A DNA stretch of 62,651 nucleotides, counting the filler, from Asterionella formosa (Eukaryota), in the NCBI GenBank assembly GCA_002256025.1. It is 2 parts of 2 records of this genome, joined end to end, with 100 filler letters (N's around TTAATTAATTAA, not from the genome) between each part and the next. Parts side by side here need not be neighbours in the genome. Positions count along the whole stretch, not along the records: positions 31,391 to 62,651 come from NKIB01000728.1; 1 more part is not named here. One strand, 5' to 3'. Shown here piece after piece: positions 32,928 through 44,600 of the stretch. Made by a program: the position numbers and the translations under genes. The notes under the pieces are model-generated. The model did no database searches. It saw only the letters and a program-made list of their open reading frames with translations, and was not told the DNA's origin. Every line of letters starts with the position of its first letter. Position 1 is the first letter of the stretch.

Positions 32928-34403
32928 TCAGTTCCAACAATCCATTGTCCCATTGCAAATATCATATGCATGCGATTCATGCACCTTCTGAGTTACATTC
33001 TTTGACAGCAGGTCACTAGGGTTTTCACATGTTTGTACATAGACCACAATAACATATCCATCTTCAGTCTTCTCATGTATAAAATGATATCTGACATCAA
33101 TATGCTTTGTCCTTGATCCAACTTGTTGGTTTTTGCTTAGGAAAATCTCTCCAGTGTTATCCTCGTCAATTATTGCTGGCAGTTCCACATAGTAGACCTC
33201 ATCCAATAGATTTGTAACAAATGTAGTATCCTTGACACCACGGCTTAGACTGACATACTCAGCTTCTGTGCTTGATGTTGTTACAATGTTCTGTCCTTTG
33301 GATGACCAAGTCACCAAGGAGCCTGCTCCAATAGTTCCGAGATATGCACTTGTACTTTTGCGAGTATCAGGGTTAATTGCAAATGCACTGTCAACAACAT
33401 CCATTAGGCGCATTTCTTTTGGGGTTCTCATCTTCATTCGCCGATGTTTCTTGTCTGCATATAAGAATCCCAACAGACGTTCAACTGCCTTCCAATGAGC
33501 CTCTCCTGGATTCTCCAGATGCTGAGACAATTCTCGACATGCATTGGCACAAATTGGAGATATCTTCTTTACAAAGTATAAGATTTTTCCAACCATGGAT
33601 CTGTATTCACTAGAATGTAGAACAGTGTGGGCATCATTCTTGGACAAACTTGTACCTGGCAATCCTGGAGTTGGTGCAATTGTGGGATAACGTCCAAAGA
33701 GATTCTTATAGTCTTCAAACATTCCTTCAACGAAATCCTCCATAGTAGATTCAAGAAATCTTCCATCAGCATCCTCTCCCCAGTCATACCGAACTCCTAA
33801 ATGTTTCTTGATTGGTCCAAGTTCCTTTATGGTGAAATGCTTCTTGGCTTCGGCCTTAAGCCAGTCAACATCGGCTTGTTCTCCTGCGACAATGCAGTCG
33901 TCAAAATAGATACAAACAATTAGAACCAATTTCGAATCACGTTTCAAGAAGAAAATGCATGGATCCACTTTGCTCTGTTTCATTCCAATGAGAATCAGAC
34001 GCTCCACAAGTTTCTTGTACCACTGTCGTGCAGCCTGCACCGTTCCATACATGGCTTTACTTAGAAGAATACAATTTTCTGAGACAACCTTAGTGTCCTC
34101 AAAGCCAAACTCAACAACGCCTTCAGGCCATTCAAGGTAGATGTCTTCCTCTAAATCTCCTTCAAGAAAGGATGCTTCGACATCAATGACCTCCAAAGTC
34201 CATGTCTTCTTGTGCATGGTGATTGCAAAGACAACTCTGATACTTGTATCTGTAGCCACAGGTGCAAACGAGTCGGTAAAATCAACACCGGGGATTTGGA
34301 CATATCCCTTGACGACCACACGTGCCTTGTAGCGTGTAGTCAAGTCTTGTTCCTTCTTTTTCTTGAAGACCCATCGACTCCCAAGTGGCTTGCGTCCATG
34401 CAA
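32928..34403 (-). pseudogene. Copia reverse transcriptase and RNase H
   Basis: GSRWVFKKK, YKARVV, MYGTVQAARQW, YRSMVGKILY, SSTEAEY. Confidence 0.9.
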
Positions 34404-35709
34404 TTCTGATTGTGGGAATTTTGATCAGACTTTTCGTTTTATAATAAAATTATTTATTTCACTTTTGATTACTGGAATCCATTTTTCTCTGTCATCTGCT
34501 TTCAGTGCCACACTGTAGGTCTTGGGTTCACCTCGATCTGATGCAAGTGTAGAGCTGTAGATGTAATGAACCTCCATGGATGAAGTAGGCTTAGAATCCA
34601 GATCATGATCATCATCTACAATAGTATGCAATCTTCCAGAATGTAGTGTAGACATCGTTGGAGCAATTTCATGACCAAGTTTCTTGTGCTCTCCTTCAGC
34701 TCTTGTAATAGCAGGTTTTGAAGTATTTGAAGCTTCCTTCTTCCCTGCTTCAGATACCTGCAAGTCATTAAGAGTCGAAAGTGATCCAGTCTCATCATCT
34801 GGGATGACAGTCGGAGTTGGTGCAACAGGTTGGTCCAGTTCCTCCTCAAACTCAATTTCATCAATCCCAGTCTTGAACATGGTCAGATCATCGGTAGGTT
34901 TTCTCCATGCCATTCAATCCATTTTACATCATGGCTCTGAATCACCTTCTTGGTTATAGGGTTAAAGAGTTGGTAGGTATCACCTGAGTGGTTTTCAGAG
35001 TATCCAATCATGACACATTTAATTGCTTTATCATCAAGCTTATTCACAGGAGTTCTTATGGTGACATATCCAATTCGTCCAAATTGGATCAAGTGTTCAT
35101 CACCGTTCTGCTGAGGTGTATTTGGTGCTGTGTATTCAATCTGAATACCATGCTTGGTGCATACAGATGACAAATTTTCGAGATTTTCACCTGCATTATC
35201 ACATCGTAGATACTTGATGACATATTTTGCTGCAAATAGCTTGATAAGTAGGTCGTCCACAATTTTGAATAGTACATTCTTCTTCCTAACAAAAAACTCC
35301 ATGACTTTCCAGAGAATTGATCAACCACAAGTATACAGTAATGGCTTCCCACAATGGACTTTTTGTACGGCCCTGAAGTGTCCATGAAAATCCGTTCACC
35401 GGGTAGTACAGCCTGTACAGTCGACACTTTTGAAACTGCCTTTGCTTTTGCCTTTGCCTTAGAGCATCCGTCACATGACAGGAGGGTACCAGTAAGTTCT
35501 ATCTTCAGTGCTTTGAACGTAGCATGTAGTGCGGCTTCCCCAATATGCCCGTAGATATTGTGTGCCTCGTTGATATCCTGTGACTTCATTTTGTCCTCCC
35601 CACTCATAACTGTATGGGTGTTTGTAGACAAGTTTTTGGTACTATCGGCCCCCTGGGACAATGGGGCAATAACCATGGATACGACATCGGCATAACTCGC
35701 GCGACTTGC

Positions 35710-37164
35710 TTAAAAATAATAGAGAACTCCATTGGTCTCTCTGTTAAATGAAATATGTCCTCCAGGACCTTTCTTAACTGTCATTGTAGACCCCTTGACT
35801 GAAAGGTCAAAACCGTCACAGATTAGTACGCCCAAACTGACGATGTTCTTGTGAAACTTAAGCGTGTACAGGACATCCTTCAATGCCATAGTCTTTTCTC
35901 CGTTGGTGAGCTTGATGTCACCGCGTTTTGTGCATTTAATTTCCGAGCCATTGCCGACGACGACTGTGACACTGACTGGGCATACATTTGTCATACCGAC
36001 GTCACTCATTGTGATATAGGCAGTAGCTCCAGTATCAGCGAGCCAATTCTCCTGTAGAGCAATAGAGCGAGAAGCAACAGCAGAGGGACAAAACTCTTTA
36101 TTATTAATTTTTACATCACAATCATCAATAATTTCCTCGCAAATACTGACGAAAGTCCACTCTTTATCGTCGTTCTCGTTGTACTTGTCATTCGTATCTT
36201 GTTTCTTTTCGTTTGCTTCGATGTCTTTGTAGTCAATCGTACACATGCCAACAAACATGCCGGTCTCTTTCCATGTAGTACGTTCTCGTTTGGGTTCAGG
36301 GCAATCTTTTGCGATGTGTCCGGCATGCTTGTTGCAATTGAAACACTTGACGCCTTTCGGAGGAGGCCTGTTTCTGTCGCCGTGTGTCTTGTTCTTGACT
36401 CGAAAATCGGCTGCCTTGTGTCCTTGCTTGCCGCAAGAGCGGCAGAGTCCTTTGAACTTAGTTCCAAAGGCAGCAAGAGCAAGTTCGCCATCCGACTTTT
36501 CGTTCTTAAACTTGCGTTTGAAGAATGCACGTATCTTGGCCTTAAGGTCTTCTAGTGTTAGGGAGGGCATAGCATCAACCATTGTTACCACTTCTGAGTA
36601 CTCCTTAGGTAGTTTGTCAAGTATGTGGGCAATCATCTCGAGATCCTTCTTTTCGTAAGCAGAGTCAATCCTCGTCATTCGATTCCTCAACAACTCGAGT
36701 TGGATGAACCACTCGTCTGGGTCTTGCGTCTTCCCCTCACAGATGCACTTGTTGAACTGTCCTGACAGTTGGATTAAGTCACTTGTAGCATTAGGAACAT
36801 AGCGAGCCTTGAGGTAGGTCCAAGCAGGGAATGCATCGCCGTCTTGATGATTCTTTGTCTTGGCTTGGTTAACCAAACCAAACGCAATCCCAGTGCAACT
36901 CATAATCAGGAGCTGGTATGCGCGATCGTTCATCTTGTAGATCTTCTTGACATCGTCTTTGTCTGTAGTTTCGTAGACAGCATCGCTGCATGGATTGGTA
37001 TCCTTCATGTAGGCATTCTTGAATCCTCTTGTCTTGGCTGGTGCCAGTGTCTTCACACTCCACTCATGCCAATTGGCATCCTTGCCATCGAACTTCACAA
37101 GGCGAATGGTCTCACCTTTGTCTTCAGTCATGTTGCAAAACGAAGTTGATCTGCTTGCAAGCAT
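35710..37164 (-). CDS. Copia gag-protease ORF
   Basis: KFDGK..W..W gag start, LDKLPKEYSEV, two zinc knuckles (first has C to F), DTGA protease motif. Confidence 0.9.
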   Translation of the reverse strand: MLASRSTSFCNMTEDKGETIRLVKFDGKDANWHEWSVKTLAPAKTRGFKNAYMKDTNPCSDAVYETTDKDDVKKIYKMNDRAYQLLIMSCTGIAFGLVNQAKTKNHQDGDAFPAWTYLKARYVPNATSDLIQLSGQFNKCICEGKTQDPDEWFIQLELLRNRMTRIDSAYEKKDLEMIAHILDKLPKEYSEVVTMVDAMPSLTLEDLKAKIRAFFKRKFKNEKSDGELALAAFGTKFKGLCRSCGKQGHKAADFRVKNKTHGDRNRPPPKGVKCFNCNKHAGHIAKDCPEPKRERTTWKETGMFVGMCTIDYKDIEANEKKQDTNDKYNENDDKEWTFVSICEEIIDDCDVKINNKEFCPSAVASRSIALQENWLADTGATAYITMSDVGMTNVCPVSVTVVVGNGSEIKCTKRGDIKLTNGEKTMALKDVLYTLKFHKNIVSLGVLICDGFDLSVKGSTMTVKKGPGGHISFNRETNGVLYYF

Positions 37165-37165
37165 C

Positions 37166-37626
37166 TTAAATTCTTCTGCAGTCTGGCTGCAATGCTAGCT
37201 CTTTCTAGACAAGCTCAGTGTATTAAAACCTTCTGTTCTAATCCCACCTTATTGTGAGCTTATTTGATCTATCTTGTAATCGTTCACATGACCAATTATT
37301 AAGGTTCTCTTCCAAAACTTGTATATAGATATTCATTGTTTTGTTAGACATTCAATTCTCAACTGACAACTCAACTCCACTCACTTAGTAGAACAATCGT
37401 GAATATTCAATGCTATCTGCATTGCATATATACCTTTCCTTCATTGAAATATTGATTACTTAGAACATTCTCCATTCGAATATTTACCTTGGTTTGCTGA
37501 TATAGTTCTTGGCAATCAATGCTGTTCAAATTCTCACAGCGTTTCAATATGGGATTTTGGCTGGAATATTATTCAAGATTGATTAGTTCGACTGAACTAA
37601 TATGCACACAGTACTAAATCTTGACA
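37166..37626 (-). repeat. 5' LTR of the minus-strand Copia
   Basis: Direct repeat of 32457-32916; begins TGTCAA on the minus strand. Confidence 0.95.
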
Positions 37627-37645
37627 CCAGTAGTCTGGAAGGAAA

Positions 37646-37774
37646 AGCCTGTAACCGTTGAATTTTCGTGATACTCTTTATTTTATTTTTGTTGAGAATG
37701 GATTCTTTCGGTTTAAATCGAGTACTTTTTCAAAAAAATGATACCAAATCGAAAATGATAGGAACTACCCTTAT
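37646..37774 (+). repeat. Dispersed repeat (TIR/MITE-like), inverted copy at 62290-62449
   Basis: gtaaccgttgaattttcgtgatac...tttcggtttaaatcgagta...aaaaaaatgataccaaatcgaaaatgata matches the reverse complement of the 62.3-kb copy. Confidence 0.85.
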
Positions 37775-38092
37775 CGACCAAATATCAGGTATTTGTTCGA
37801 TTAGACTCTGATCGTAGCCAAACAAATGAAGCGTTTCTTTTGGTCAAGATTTTGGCTTGCGCCGACAACATAACGTCGACTGTTTAATTGATCCACAAAG
37901 GCTGACAATACAAATTTACTATAATTTCTTGATAAAGAAAAAAATAACTAAACTACAAATATCGGTACCTTTGGATAATACCGGCAGCTATTTAGAAAAC
38001 AATGCCTATCATGCATAAAATATGACAATTTGCTGAATGTTCTCCTTCAAGTCTTTGACGGTTCCAGTAAACTATCGTCATGCATTGGCGTT

Positions 38093-38183
38093 GCAGCAGG
38101 ATCAGGATCAGGAGCAGCAGCACCAGGAGGAGCAGCAGGAGCAGCAGGAGCAGCAGGAGCAGCAGGAGCAGCAGGAGCAGCAG
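38093..38183. repeat. GCAGCAGGA 9-bp minisatellite
   Basis: Run of ggagcagca units. Confidence 0.9.
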
Positions 38184-39317
38184 CCAACAAGGATGATTTA
38201 TTGCCAGTTTTAGACAAGACCAAAGTTGGATTATTTTGGCGCTGTCAAGAGCGACAATCGATAGCGATGTGCGAGTTTCATCAAGGCAGCATTGTTCCTC
38301 ATGTACCGTGAGGTGTCATCATTGGCAGACTGCTGCATGTCCCTGGCTAGTATTGATATCTCCTTCCATTACCTGCAGATCAACATTATACTCAAGTTTG
38401 CTCAGCATTATATGATGTTATGCCATGGGTATATTGTGTAACATTTTACAGTGTCGATGGTCAATTAATCAGCTGAAGGATTAAAAAAATCCAAGAGAGT
38501 TGCGCCAGTTAACGAAGGGCTTCATGCCAATAAAGGCAATGTCATTTAAGGAAGAAAGTGAAGGAGGGATTAGGTGTGATCCAATTGCATCTCAAAAATT
38601 CAAGTGCTTCCAGTACTCCACTGTCCCACCTGTCATCCACCACTGATGATTTTGATGTAATAGATGATTCGAAATGAAGAAAAATAATATAGATTACCTG
38701 TAGATGCTAGTATGATTGATTAGAAAGCTATCACTCTTTCTAATTGGAAAAACGGAAGGGTTTTTCTGTTCTAGAATACCAATATACAAATGCAAAGTCA
38801 TATTAGTTTTTGATGGGCAGTTTAAAAAGGCGTAGTACTAGCTGCGTAAGAAGAAGGAGTTTACAGGACATATGATGCTACTAATATTCAAAAAACTACA
38901 GGTACAGACTAGCCAAGCAACTTCCTTTGATCCTCCGCCTCCTCCTTTGGTTGCCTTTTCTAGTTTCTTCCTGTATATGTACAACCGGGATGTACGGAAG
39001 TGTAGGAGCGGTCTTCATCTGATGAGTCGCTATTGTTGCTCATTTCATCAGGCAGATATGTATGAGTATGCAGGTCCCATCATTTTCTTAGTGGTAGTAA
39101 TCGGGTTTATAATGATACACATGTAAGAACATTCTAGTGCTATTTCTATTCGCTAAAAGTTTCGGTGCGAGATTTGACTATTCTAGGATTTGGTCGATGC
39201 GGTGGGAAAAAACATGAAAATTCGACTATTGATAAAAAATTCTCGACCAAGTGACGTGTATTGATATTTTCAACTGGTATTAGCTTTGGTATTTGGTCGA
39301 TACGGTGGAGATGCTCT

Positions 39318-39481
39318 TGTTAATATCTGCATATGCTCCATACATGCGCCATACGAACCATGCCGGCGCAGCCACCAGATTAGGTACATGTTTGAGTGCT
39401 AACAACGATGTATTCGAAACAGCAATAGAATAGTCCTAATATTGTAGTTCACCTTTATTCATGACAAGGTTCCCCTCAACA
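39318..39481 (+). repeat. 5' LTR (164 bp)
   Basis: TGTTAAT...CCCTCAACA; about 8 substitutions and 2 indels versus the 3' LTR. Confidence 0.95.
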
Positions 39482-39628
39482 GAACTACAATATCTGTTCT
39501 CTCTCCCTTGTCCGCACCTGTGACGTTGCGGCTTTTGTCGGCAGTGCAAACCAGCACAGTTCTCAACAATCAACTGTACAACAACGCTTGCCCATTCACT
39601 TTCCCTGTCTCTCGGGCCTTCTTCCACC

Positions 39629-40717
39629 ATGATGAATCCACTCGTTTCCGCTGTTTTCCCATTCCCTCATCCGCTCTTGACGCCGATCGAGGGCAAACCT
39701 ACAGCCCTCACTGTAACCCGCCTTCGCAAGGAACTCTTTGCCAACGCTCGCTCTGTCCACTGTACCAGTGGTGGTGGTGCCAATGGTTTCCTTGGTATTG
39801 TCGTGGCTGCTGCTCCTTATCTTTTACGTGCTGGTGAACCCTTTTTACCGCCCGAACATCCCGGCACCCAGCCGCCACACAGTGCTACTGCAACACAGTC
39901 CCAAATCACTGCTGCCAACCGTCTCTTTGACACCTCCCTTGACGCATTACGCCGTTACTCCCAAATCCGTGAAATTCTCCGGCAAAAAATTCTAACAGCC
40001 ATTGACCCTACTTACTACAACGTTCTGGAAGATGCTACATTTGGATATGCCAACATCACTGTTCTGACCTTGCTTGCTCACTTAGAATCTACATATGCAA
40101 CGTTGAGTGCGGATGATTTAGAACTAAATCGCATGTGCTTGGCTGATGCTTGGACACCAGAGAAACCTATTGAACATTTATGGATCCGCATCAAACATCT
40201 TTGTGCCATTGCAGATGTTGGTGGGGAACCTTTATCTGACAGTACTGTCAGGCAGTTAACTCTTTCTGCTTTAGAACAGGCTGGTGTCTATTCTCATAGC
40301 ATTCAAACTTGGCGTGATCGCGCTGAGATGGACCGTACATGGGTTAATTTTTGCCTGCATTTCATGCATGCTGATAAGGAACAATTGCGCCTTGCCACTG
40401 CCACCACCGCCGGTTATCATGGTGCCCATGCTGCCATTCAAACCAGTGGCTCTCCCCCACTGCCAGGAATTGCTGCAGCTGCTCCTGCTGTCCCTTCTGG
40501 ATACACTTACAACAATGTCCAATTAGGCTATTGTTGGACTCATGGTCTCACCAAAAACCCTGACCATACCAGTGCAACTTGTAATCATCCATCTTCTGGC
40601 CATCATATCACTGCCACCCTTGATCGACATATGGGTGGCAGCGTCCGTATTTTCAGTGATGGTACCCATCCCACCCGGCCACCCTGTGTTTCACCGCCAC
40701 CTTCACCACTTGCTTGA
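39629..40717 (+). CDS. Copia gag
   Basis: LTPIEGKPT, GGGANGFLG, GYCWTHG...HTSATC...GH...MGGS. Confidence 0.88.
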   Translation: MMNPLVSAVFPFPHPLLTPIEGKPTALTVTRLRKELFANARSVHCTSGGGANGFLGIVVAAAPYLLRAGEPFLPPEHPGTQPPHSATATQSQITAANRLFDTSLDALRRYSQIREILRQKILTAIDPTYYNVLEDATFGYANITVLTLLAHLESTYATLSADDLELNRMCLADAWTPEKPIEHLWIRIKHLCAIADVGGEPLSDSTVRQLTLSALEQAGVYSHSIQTWRDRAEMDRTWVNFCLHFMHADKEQLRLATATTAGYHGAHAAIQTSGSPPLPGIAAAAPAVPSGYTYNNVQLGYCWTHGLTKNPDHTSATCNHPSSGHHITATLDRHMGGSVRIFSDGTHPTRPPCVSPPPSPLA

Positions 40718-43700
40718 TGTGGAGGGGAGCAAGTTGCGTCGATAATACTATTACCACAAACTTATCTCCCATCACTTGTCCCCCTGTCACACTCATTGCT
40801 GATTCTGGTAGTTCTGGAAATTACGCCACTGTTGATTTACCTGTCATCAACAAACGACCTAGTACCACCAACCCTACTATCACCATTCAACTTCCTAACG
40901 GCAACCATGTTAAATCTACACATCAGGCCGAATTATCTTTACCTATGCTATTACCCGCTGCTCATCATGTACACATTGTCCCTGGTCTGCATAATTGCTC
41001 TTTATTGAGCATTGGACAACTATGTGACTCCGGCTACAAGGTACTCTTCACCAAATTGCACATGTCTGTCTTATCTGATGGTCATTGCATCCTTCAGGGC
41101 CATCGCTCCACCACCACTCGATTATGGCATGTCACCACCGCCACTATTGATCCACCATTGCCTACCCCTAAACACTACGGTGCTACCGCCATTGGCAGTC
41201 CCACTGCACCAGCCCTTGTTGCCTTTGCCCATGCGGCCCTCTTTTCTCTTGTTATCTCTGCTTTGGAAAGCGCATTACGTCATGGGTATCTTGTCAATTT
41301 TCCAGGTCTAACCTTAACTGAAACACTACGCAAACATCCCCCGCATTCCATCGCAATCATCAAAGGCCACCTCGATCAAACACGTCAAAACGTACGGTCC
41401 ACATGTGTGCCCCCAACTATCATTGAGCCTGACCTTTCATCTATTCCTACAAATGTGCTGGGTGATGCCGATTTCCACCCTGAGGGTCTTGCAACCCCTA
41501 CCCATATGTGTTTTGCGTCCATTATTGCACCCACAGGCCAAATTTACACCGATCAAACCGGAAAACTCATACTCCCCTCCCACTGGAAACAACTACATTA
41601 TGATTTTATATGATTATGACAGCAACTACATTTTCGTTCAGCCCTTTCATAACCGAACCGCTTCCTGCCTCCTTGCAGCATATAAAACATTACATCAACG
41701 TTTGTACAAAGCTGGCCTACGTCCCAAACTTCAAAGCCTTGACAACGAGTGTTCTACACTCCTCAAAGAGTTCTTGCTCGCCGAAGCTATTGACTTTCAG
41801 TTGGTCCCGCCAGCTGTCCATCGTCGCAATGCTGTTGAACGTGCAATTCGCACCTTTCAAAACCATTTCATCGCCGGTCTATGCAGTGTCGACAAAGACT
41901 TTCCTCTCCACTTGCGGGACTAACTATTAGTTCAAGCTGAACTTACTTTTAATCTCCTCCGTGGCTCACACATCAACCCCGAACTGTCTGCTTGGGCACA
42001 GGTCAATGGAACATATGATTACAACCGTGTCCCCTTGCTCCACCTGGCTGTCGGGTCCTTATTCATGCCAAGCCCCAACACTGCACAACATGGGCTCCAC
42101 ATGCTCTCGACGGCTGGTATGTCGGCCTTGCTGTGGATTCCTATCACTGCTACCGCATCTGGATGTGGGACACATGTTCCATCAGAATTTGCAATACTGT
42201 CTCGTGGTTTCCAACCAAAATCCACCTACCCTGTAATTCATCCACTGACCTCATCACAACCAGTTTGCAGGACATTGCCTTTGCCTTGTAGCATCCCACC
42301 ACTCGGTCTCCCGTTGCCCCACTCACTGCAACCCACAAAGCTGCTCTCCAGCAGCTCCTTGAAATTCTCTCACTGCCTGAGCTCACCTAACTACCCATCG
42401 CTCCCCTCCTGAATAGCCCCATTCCATCACTGAGGGTGCCGGGACGCCCACAGCATCCACCATCCACCTTATCCCTGATCCTGATCCTGATGCCTGTACA
42501 CCTTTCCCGGTCTCTCCAGCCCTCGAAGGCACTGCCCAACCACTGAGGGTGCTTAACCCTAACCCTAACCCTACCCCTACCGACCCGAGTGTTGTTAACC
42601 CTACCCCTAACCCTAACCGTCACGTCGCTGGCATTCCTAAACCTAACCCTACCCCTAGGTCCCCTCCTGCCAGTGGCCGCAAGATCATTCCAGCACCCCC
42701 TCGCACCTATCGCGATCCTGTTGTGCTGCCCAGTCCCCTGCCACCTTCCCCTCCGGTCACTTATGAAACTACCACTGCACTCAAGAGCCGTCGTCACCAT
42801 AAAACCACACCACGTAAAGCACCACATGCCAGCTGTCCCCACACCCAATCTTTGCTTGACAACTGTGCTCTCTCAGCCCCTCCTCAAACCAGTGCTACTC
42901 CCCTGGCCACTAATTTTTGTTTCCATGGCACCGCTATCAACCTTGACAATGGCAAAATTGCTGGATATAGAGAATTATTGACTTGCAGCACTGCTCCCCT
43001 GTGGGCCACTGCCAACGGCTTAGAAATTGGCCGGTTATTTCAGGGCTTGGGACCCCATTCTGACATGCCCACGGGTACTAATTGCTGTTCTTTCATTAAT
43101 AAGCATGCGATGCCCTCACACAAACGCGCCACTTACATCCGCATAGTGTGTGCCGATCACCCCGAAAAAACCATTCCCCAACGCGTTTGTTGGACTGCTG
43201 GGGGTGATCGTGAAATTTACACCAGCAATGTCAGCACCAAGACTGCTGATCTCACTACTGCAAAATGTTTGTACAACAGCACCATCAGTACCCCCAATGG
43301 CCGCTTCATGACTCTGGATTTATCTGATTTTTATCTGGAAAGTCATCTTGCACCTACCGAGTATGAATACGTTCGCATCCCTATATGGATGATCCCCCCA
43401 CACATTCAAACCCTCTACAACCTAGCTCCCAAAATCATTGATGGGCACATATACGCAGAAGTCCGTCGTGGCATGTATGGGCTGCCTCAGGCTGGTAAAC
43501 TTGCCAATGATCAATTTGCGCAGTTCTTGCTCCCACATCATTACCTCCCCTGCCCAGTCACCCCTGGCCTATGGATGGATACCACCAGTGATCTCATGCT
43601 TATGCTTGTTGTTGATGATTTTGGTGTACGTTACACCAAACGTAGTGACATGGACCGTCTCCTCACCACTTTACGCACCAAAGACTGTCTCACAACTGAT

Positions 43701-44600
43701 TGGACTGGCTCTCGTTACATTGGCCTTTCGCTGACGTGGGACTACAAACATTGCACCGTTGACCTCACTATGCCTGGTTACATTGTTCGTGCTCTACAAC
43801 GATTCACATACTCCACCCCAACACACCCACAACATGCCCCCCGCGCCTGGACTGCACCTAGTTATGGCGCTCGCCAGCAATTTGTTGTTCCTGATGTCAC
43901 TCCTGTCCTTGACCTCCATGATAAAACACGTGTGCAGGAGATTCTTGGTACTTTATTGTATTATGCCTGTGCTATTGACTATACTATGTTGCCGGCCCTT
44001 GGTACATTGGCTACACAACAAGCAACCCCCACTGTGGCTACCTTGACTGCTATTACTCACCTTCTCAATTATTGTGCCACTCATCCTGAAGCCACACTTT
44101 GCTTTACTGCCAGTGACATCATGGTCCTCCATGTTGAAAGCGATGCACGTGGTCACTCCCACGCTGCCGGCATTCACTTTCTCGGCTGTAAACCCCTGCC
44201 TCCGCCTAGCCTCACTTCGTCCATCCCTCCTGTTAACGGTGCTATTTACGTCCACTGTCAAATTCTTAAGGAGGTTTTATCAAATGCTGCTGAGGCCAAA
44301 TTAGCTGCTTTGTTCCACAATGGCAAAGAGGCATATGCTATTTGCAACATTCTTGCTGAGCTTGGTCATCCCCAACCGTCTACCCATATTGTCACCAATA
44401 ATAGCACTGCCAGTGGCATCGCCAATGATACCGTCCAACAAAAATGCTCCAAAGCTATGGATATGTGTTATTACTGGGTACACGATCGGGTTTGCCAAGG
44501 CCAATTTCTTGTATACTGGGAAAAAGGCAGTTTGAATTGCTTGTGCTGATTATTTCACTAAACATCATCCCGCTTCCCATCATACTTTGATGCGCCCACA
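40714..44600 (+). pseudogene. Copia pol (PR-INT-RT-RH) broken by frameshifts and stops
   Basis: ORF pieces 40714-41613, 41405-41923 and 42549-44549 carry successive pol motifs in different frames. Confidence 0.9.

Larger units (their letters stand above)
32455..37626 (-). mobile_element. Near-full-length Ty1/Copia LTR retrotransposon (gag-PR-INT-RT-RH), frameshifted, integrase internally deleted
   Basis: Paired ~460-bp LTRs; zinc knuckles (CFNCNKHAGHIAKDC), WLADTGATA, HNIYGH/CDGC, LRCDNAGE, TPQQNG, YKARVVVKGY, IYFDD, RTKHIDVRYHF; PPT AACAGGGAGGA; candidate TSD ccggta/ccagta. Confidence 0.95.

Noticed and set aside
40700..40740. Programmed gag-pol recoding site
   Set aside because: pol is in the -1 frame, but no slippery heptamer is visible and the element has many decay frameshifts.
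43603..43630. RT active site VVDD instead of YVDD
   Set aside because: LVVDDFG is, to my knowledge, usual for this diatom Copia group.
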